NCBI RefSeq assembly: GCF_044324785.1
Contig: NZ_CP172127.1
Strand: one strand, 5' to 3'
DNA from: Escherichia coli
GTDB taxonomy: Bacteria; Pseudomonadota; Gammaproteobacteria; Enterobacterales; Enterobacteriaceae
Length of the DNA: 64,000 bases
Shown here: in pieces, positions 57,580 to 64,000 of the stretch
Layout of the letters: each line of letters opens with the position of its first letter
Numbering within the stretch: the first letter of the stretch is position 1
Notes under the pieces: model-generated
What the model was told of the DNA's origin: nothing
Databases searched by the model: none
Seen by the model: the letters and a program-made list of their open reading frames with translations, nothing else
Translations under genes and position numbers: made by a program

Positions 57580-60366
57580 TTAGTGCGCCTGATCCCAGTT
57601 TTCGCCACTCCCCACTTCCACCAGCAGCGGCACATCCAGACGGGTACAGTTTTCCATCAGTTGATGAATCTGCTTCGCGACGGCATCGACATCATCTTTA
57701 TGAACTTCAAATACCAGTTCATCGTGTACCTGCATGATCATACGCACACGCGGTTGCTCAGCCTGTAGCCACGCATCAACGGCAATCATCGCCCGTTTGA
57801 TAATGTCGGCGGCGGTTCCCTGCATTGGCGCGTTAATGGCTGCACGTTCAGCCGCTGCACGACGAGCCCCATTGCTGGATTTGATATCCGGCAGATACAG
57901 ACGGCGTCCGTCCAGCGTTTCAACGTAGCCCTGCTCTTTCGCCTGAGCACGGGTGCGTTCCATATACTCCAGCACGCCAGGGTAGCGTTCGAAGTAAAGG
58001 TCCATGTACTTCTGCGCTTCTTTACGTGGAATGTTCAATTGCCGCGCCAGACCGAAAGCACTCATGCCATAAATCAGACCAAAGTTGATCGCTTTCGCGC
58101 TACGGCGTTGCTCGCTGGTTACGGTTTCCAGTGGCAAACCAAACACTTCTGCCGCCGTAGCCCGGTGGATATCTTTTCCTTCCGCGAATGCGGTCAGCAA
58201 GCCTTTGTCACGCGAGAGATGCGCCATAATGCGCAGTTCAATCTGCGAGTAGTCCGCTGAGACAATCACATAATCCTCTGGCGCAATAAACGCCTGGCGG
58301 ATACGACGACCTTCTTCGTTACGCACCGGAATGTTTTGCAGGTTAGGATCGGTTGACGATAAACGTCCCGTTGCAGTTACTGCCTGGTGATAAGAGGTAT
58401 GCACACGCCCGGTTTTCGGGTTGATCATCAGCGGCAGCTTGTCGGTGTAAGTCGATTTCAGCTTCGCCAGACCACGATACTCCAGAATCACTTTTGGCAA
58501 CGGATAGTCCAGCGCCAGTTCTTCCAGTACCTCTTCCGACGTTGACGGCGCGCCACCCGGCGTTTTCTTCAGCGGTTTAATTCCCTGTTTTTCAAACAGA
58601 ATGGTTTGCAACTGCTTGGTGGAGGAAAGGTTAAATTCTTCACCTGCAATTTCATGCGCTTTCTTTTCCAGCTCAGCCAGACGAAGAGTGAGCTCTTCAG
58701 AATGATTGTGCAGCACTTTCGGATCGATCTTCACACCGTTACGTTCAATGCGTGAAAGCACCGGCACTAGCGGCATTTCGATATTCTCGAAGACGTTCAA
58801 CGGCCCTTTGTGTTTTTGCAGATCCGGCCACATTTTCAGATGCAACTGCAAGGTGACATCTGCATCTTCGGCGGCGTAACGTCCGGCCTCTTCGAGAGCA
58901 ATCTGGTTAAAGGTCAGTTGATTTTTGCCTTTACCCGCAATCTCTTCAAAAGTGATGGTTTTGTGCTTCAACCAACGTTCCGCGAGGCTGTCCATATCGT
59001 GACGCCCGGCAACGCTATTGAGAATGTAGGACTCCAGCATGGTATCAAACGCAATCCCACGCAGCTCAATGCCGTAATTCGCCAGAATACCGCGATCGTA
59101 TTTCAGGTTTTGCCCAACCTTCAGCGCCTTTTCATCTTCCAGCAGCGGTTTTAGCAACTCGAGTGCACGCTCGCGAGAGATTTGATCGGGCGCATCAAGA
59201 TAATCATGAGCAACCGGAATATATGCCGCTACGCCTGGCTCGATAGCAAAAGAAAGCCCGACCAGGTTAGCAGAGATGTTATCAAGGCTGTCGGTTTCGG
59301 TATCAAATGCAAATACCGGCGCTTTTTCCAGCTTCGCAATCCACGCTTTCAGTGTTTCTTCATCAAGGATGGTGACGTAGTTGTCATAAGAAATCACCGT
59401 TGCCGTCACTTCTGGTGCTTCGTCTGCAACACTGGTTTCCTGTGGCTTCGCGGCTGGTTTTGCCCCTTTGGCCTGTAACCATTTGCCCGCTTCGACATCA
59501 GCAGTCCAGCGTTTGAACTCATACTTTTTGAACAGCCCCAACAACTCTTCCGCTGCCGGTTGCTGCACTTCCAGTTGTTCACAGGTCAGCTCCAGTTCAA
59601 CGTCGGTTTTAATCGTCGCCAGCTGGTATGAGAGATAAGCAACTTCTTTGTTTTGCTCGAGCTTCGCTGCCATTGTTTTCGCGCCACGGAAGCTCAACCC
59701 AGCAATTTTTTCTGGCTCGGCATACAGCGTATCCAGGCCGCCAAGACCTTGCAGCAATGCCTGCGCGGTTTTTTCACCGACGCCCGGTACGCCAGGAATG
59801 TTATCAGAGGAGTCACCCATCAGCGCCAGGAAATCGATGATCAGTTCTGGCGGCACGCCGTACTTATTCACCACCTCTTCCGGTCCGAGGATGGTATTCG
59901 TCATGGTATTGATAAGCGTAATATTTGGCGTCACCAGCTGCGCCATATCTTTATCGCCAGTGCTGATCAGCACCGGACGCCCGGCTTTTTCGGCTTCGCG
60001 CGCCAGAGTACCGATAACGTCGTCCGCTTCTACGCCAGAAACCGCCAGCAGCGGCAGTCCCATCGCTTTAACCATCGCGTGCAAGGGTTCGATTTGTGCA
60101 CGCAGATCGTCCGGCATTGGTGGGCGATGTGATTTGTAATGTTCAAACAGTTCATCACGAAAGGTTTTTCCCTTGGCGTCAAAGACCACCGCTGCATGCG
60201 TCGGTTTATATTGCATGATCAGACTGCGCAGCATGTTGAGGACACCATACATCGCACCGGTCGGCTCGCCTGCGCTGTTAGTCAGCGGGGGAAACGCGTG
60301 ATATGCGCGATAAAGATAAGATGAACCATCTACAAGGATAAGTGGATTTTGGGGGATCTGAACCAT
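57580..60366 (-). CDS. polA: DNA polymerase I
   Basis: 928-aa [49 protein letters not shown]... Confidence 0.97.
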
Positions 60367-60729
60367 AATGTCCGTGCCTGTTTATCAGATTATGGGTAAA
60401 GGATGCCACAGACAGGATGAAAACATGAGTTTTTCACCGCTTTTCGTGAAAATCTTTTGTAGATCTTCTGGATCGCTCGCAAATCGTCATGTGGATAACT
60501 TTGTGCATAAATTATTTACATCGCTTTTAATTTATTATCATGCTTTTTACAGCATGATGTTTGTCTTTGTTTTTCATGAAGTTAAAAATAAGACCATCCC
60601 TAATAATTGAGATAATGGGATTTTTTCTAATGTGGATAGATATGAATTATTTTTCTCCTTAAGGATCATCCGTTATTTGGGTCGTTTTCTGCTAAAATCT
60701 GCGCCTTGCGCTTCTTTAGCGCACTGTCT

Positions 60730-61662
60730 ATGGCTAACCTTTTGAATAAATTCATTATGACGAGAATACTCGCTGCGATAACCCTTTTGCTGAGTATCGT
60801 ATTGACCATTTTGGTCACTATTTTTTGCTCCGTCCCGATCATCATTGCCGGGATTGTAAAACTATTGCTCCCTGTGCCAGTCATTTGGCGAAAGGTTTCG
60901 CGGTTTTGTGATTTTATGATGTATTGCTGGTGTGAAGGTCTGGCGGTATTACTGCATCTGAACCCACACCTGCAATGGGAAGTTCACGGGCTGGAAGGGT
61001 TAAGTAAGAAGAACTGGTATCTGCTTATTTGTAACCACCGTAGTTGGGCAGATATTGTCGTACTGTGCGTGCTGTTTCGTAAGCACATTCCGATGAATAA
61101 ATATTTCCTCAAGCAACAGCTGGCCTGGGTGCCATTTCTTGGCCTAGCATGCTGGGCGCTGGATATGCCGTTTATGAAGCGTTATTCCCGCGCTTATTTA
61201 TTACGTCATCCGGAGAGACGTGGTAAAGATGTTGAAACTACTCGGCGTTCTTGTGAAAAGTTTCGCCTGCATCCCACCACCATTGTCAATTTCGTTGAAG
61301 GCTCCCGTTTCACGCAAGAAAAACATCAGCAAACGCACTCCACTTTTCAAAACTTGTTGCCACCAAAGGCGGCAGGCATTGCGATGGCGCTAAATGTACT
61401 GGGTAAACAATTCGATAAACTGCTTAATGTTACGCTGTGTTATCCGGACAATAACCGTCAGCCGTTCTTAGATATGTTAAGCGGTAAACTGACGCGAATT
61501 GTCGTACATGTGGATTTACAGCCTATTGCCGATGAGTTACATGGCGACTACATCAATGACAAAAGCTTTAAGCGCCATTTTCAGCAATGGCTGAACTCAC
61601 TGTGGCAGGAAAAAGACCGACTTCTGACGTCTCTCATGTCATCACAGCGTCAGAATAAGTAA
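60730..61662 (+). CDS. yihG: Acyltransferase (PlsC/LPLAT family) YihG
   Basis: ORF 60706..61662; start set at [21 protein letters not shown] (310 aa); acyltransferase HX4D-like NHRSWADI motif. Confidence 0.88.
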   Translation: MANLLNKFIMTRILAAITLLLSIVLTILVTIFCSVPIIIAGIVKLLLPVPVIWRKVSRFCDFMMYCWCEGLAVLLHLNPHLQWEVHGLEGLSKKNWYLLICNHRSWADIVVLCVLFRKHIPMNKYFLKQQLAWVPFLGLACWALDMPFMKRYSRAYLLRHPERRGKDVETTRRSCEKFRLHPTTIVNFVEGSRFTQEKHQQTHSTFQNLLPPKAAGIAMALNVLGKQFDKLLNVTLCYPDNNRQPFLDMLSGKLTRIVVHVDLQPIADELHGDYINDKSFKRHFQQWLNSLWQEKDRLLTSLMSSQRQNK

Positions 61663-61702
61663 GTTTTACTCGCCTCTGAATGAGCAGAGGCGAGTGAGTA
61701 TT

Positions 61703-63133
61703 TTAATGAACAAAACGTCCGGCACGAGACATAAATTCTTCTTCGCTCATTTCCTGTCCGTTAAAAACAACTTTACCCGGTGTATAACGCAGTTGCAGCG
61801 AGGCGGTATTGTTGTCAATCGTGATTAACTGAAACATCTGACCTAATGTCATCATCCCGCTGATTTGTTTATCAGCCCGCTTTTGCGCTTTTTCAGCATC
61901 CATTCCTTCAGATAAATTAAGCTGTTTTGCGGTTTCTGTGACGACATTAAGCGGTAACTTCACATCAAAATTGAGCGATTTAATATCTTTGTTTGTGGAT
62001 GATGAGGATTTGGCTGGGTCGGCAATACTGATATCCAGATTGGCATTTAGTTCGCCGAGTGCATTCTTCCATCTTACCGGTTGTTTAATGGTCGGCTCAC
62101 TTTTTTGTAATAACGGTAAATACTCTTTGAACAATGCAGCATTCACTTCTTGCAGAGCAACTTCATCGTTTGCTAACTCAGGGTGTGCAGCAAGCTGCTT
62201 CTGCATCGCAATGTTATACTGGATGACAAATTGGCGCACCGCTGAGGGATCAATAGATTCAGCAATCAATGACCACTCACCACTACCGAGTTGCTGATTC
62301 CCTTTTGTTAACTTATCAAGTTCGTAGGTCAGATTGACATTGATATAATCTTTGTCTTTAACGCGATCCAGCCTGGTTTTTGCAACGAAAGCATCGATTT
62401 GGGCAACGTCTTCCCCGTGATTGATAATGTTAATCTGGTTAAATTTCGACTCGCTTTCGCCAACCGGAAATTTCTTTTCTTCTAATCGCGTTAGAGAATC
62501 AATGGTAAAACTTTTCGCCGTTACTTTGTTCAATGGCGATAGTTCTAAAACAATATCTTCGACTTTGCCTTCAATATCCAGGTTAGATAATGAACTACCA
62601 TCACCATTAAAAGTAAACTGGCCCTTACCAAAGGAAAACTTTCCATACTCTGCAGGGGCAACATCTAATGTCGTGGAGAATGAGCTACCAAACGCGAATC
62701 GCAATGTCGCTTCCACGGGCGATTTATTTTTTGCGGCGATAAATAGCGGTTGTGTCAGTTCATTATTCACAAAGTTCACTTTTGCCGCTGCCAGTGCGGG
62801 GATGACATTACCACGCATTAACATTGTGATGGGCAACGGACCGTGCTCAACATCCACATCAAATGCAACTTTCTGGCCTGGCTTGATATTGAGATCGGGT
62901 GCACCGTTATCAAATGTTATTTGCATTTGAAAATGAGAATTAAAAAAGCCTTTGTCAAAGTTTTTATAACTTAACGTCATATCGTAGGCATGTTCACCTT
63001 TCTTTTTAGCATCGTTAAAATCTTTAATAAATTTTTCGACACCAGGCTGAATTTGCGTACCTGTGTACCATGTGCCACCACCCCAGATTACGGCTAACGC
63101 AACAATAACACCTGTAGCTGACTTACGTATCAT
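61703..63133 (-). CDS. yihF: DUF945-family protein YihF
   Basis: ORF 61703..63175; start set at MIRKSATGVIVALAVIWGGGTWYTG (476 aa). Confidence 0.85.
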   Translation of the reverse strand: MIRKSATGVIVALAVIWGGGTWYTGTQIQPGVEKFIKDFNDAKKKGEHAYDMTLSYKNFDKGFFNSHFQMQITFDNGAPDLNIKPGQKVAFDVDVEHGPLPITMLMRGNVIPALAAAKVNFVNNELTQPLFIAAKNKSPVEATLRFAFGSSFSTTLDVAPAEYGKFSFGKGQFTFNGDGSSLSNLDIEGKVEDIVLELSPLNKVTAKSFTIDSLTRLEEKKFPVGESESKFNQINIINHGEDVAQIDAFVAKTRLDRVKDKDYINVNLTYELDKLTKGNQQLGSGEWSLIAESIDPSAVRQFVIQYNIAMQKQLAAHPELANDEVALQEVNAALFKEYLPLLQKSEPTIKQPVRWKNALGELNANLDISIADPAKSSSSTNKDIKSLNFDVKLPLNVVTETAKQLNLSEGMDAEKAQKRADKQISGMMTLGQMFQLITIDNNTASLQLRYTPGKVVFNGQEMSEEEFMSRAGRFVH

Positions 63134-63240
63134 ATAAATATTCCCTGATAAAACAGCAAAACTTTGAATATCCACTTATGCTGAAATAATGTCCAGCGGC
63201 AGGATGCATTATCAGAATGTATTTATATTTATTAAATAAT

Positions 63241-63270
63241 AAAAAAGCCCGTGAATATTCACGGGCTTTA
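63241..63270 (-). terminator. Rho-independent terminator downstream of dsbA
   Basis: Hairpin agcccgtgaatattcacgggct with A-run on the plus strand (T-run on the minus strand). Confidence 0.7.
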
Positions 63271-63286
63271 TGTAATTTACATTGAA

Positions 63287-63913
63287 TTATTTTTTCTCGG
63301 ACAGATATTTCACTGTATCAGCATACTGCTGAACAAAAACATCCATATTGCTGGTATCCATACCCTGCGGATTCAGCTGATATTTACCGTTAACAAACAT
63401 CGCCGGAACACCACGCAATTGCACGTCAGCTGCAGCTTTTTCCTGCTGAGCGACCAGAGATTTCACCACGAAGCTGTTCCACGCCGCGTCGTACTCTTCA
63501 CCTTTAATACCTGCGTTGATAAATACATCGCGGATATCAGATGCTGAACGAATGGTCTGGGTTTTCTGTACGCCTTCAAACAGCGGAACAGTCACTTTGT
63601 CTTCCACGCCCAGCGCCATCGCCACAGCCCATGCCTGAGTCAGATCTTTGCCCAGGTCACCACCCATGAAGTTGACGTGGTATTTAGTCATCTTCACGCC
63701 TTCCGGCAGTTTTTTCTTCACATTATCAGAAATATGCAGAACTTCTTCAAACTGATAGCAGTGCGGGCAGAAGAAAGAGAAAAACTCCAGCACTTGCGGC
63801 GCGCCAGCTACCGGTTTTTCCAGGGTAGTGTACTGTTTACCATCTTCATACTGCGCCGCCGATGCGCTAAACGCTAAAACTAAACCAGCCAGCGCCAGCC
63901 AAATCTTTTTCAT
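63287..63913 (-). CDS. dsbA: Periplasmic thiol:disulfide oxidoreductase DsbA
   Basis: 208-aa [61 protein letters not shown]..., CPHC active site. Confidence 0.97.
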
Positions 63914-64000
63914 GATCTACTCTCTCCGATTAATACATAGGTGTTAATTGCAAAGGGGGTTCTTGTAGAACTTTTGCCTGTTCTATAAAAGTCGCCGTCT

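Noticed and set aside
59648-60139. Two overlapping plus-strand ORFs of about 160 aa
   Set aside because: Antisense to polA.

Overview
This window is an Escherichia-type chromosomal segment syntenic with the E. coli K-12 kdgT-sodA-rha-fdo-yih-glnALG-polA-dsbA region (about 87-88 min), in inverted orientation relative to the K-12 map. Most genes are recognisable core genes: the rhamnose regulon (rhaT, rhaSR, rhaBADM), formate dehydrogenase-O (fdoGHI, fdhE, fdhD, with an in-frame UGA selenocysteine codon in fdoG), the sulfoquinovose (yih) cluster, glnALG, typA, hemN, polA, dsbA, and the sRNAs Spot 42 (spf) and CsrC. Set against that backbone, and judged only from my recollection of K-12 gene order, several things look accessory or disrupted: (1) a two-gene operon between yiiG and fdhD encoding an Hsp90/MORC-type GHKL ATPase paralog and a 768-aa helical protein; (2) an AT-rich islet between yiiE and yiiD encoding a 637-aa protein with a CKSAKDRT (CX5R) motif like SopB/IpgD inositol-phosphatase effectors; (3) a TauE/SafE-family exporter gene inside the sulfoquinovose cluster; (4) a ScrY/LamB-like porin with an N-terminal coiled coil between rhaM and frvA; (5) a disrupted frvA with frvBXR absent; (6) an intact IS1 with 9-bp target duplication inserted in yihO. 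Items 1 and 2 are the best candidates for an undescribed system; all functional assignments for them are inference from motifs read by eye and need database and structural searches.
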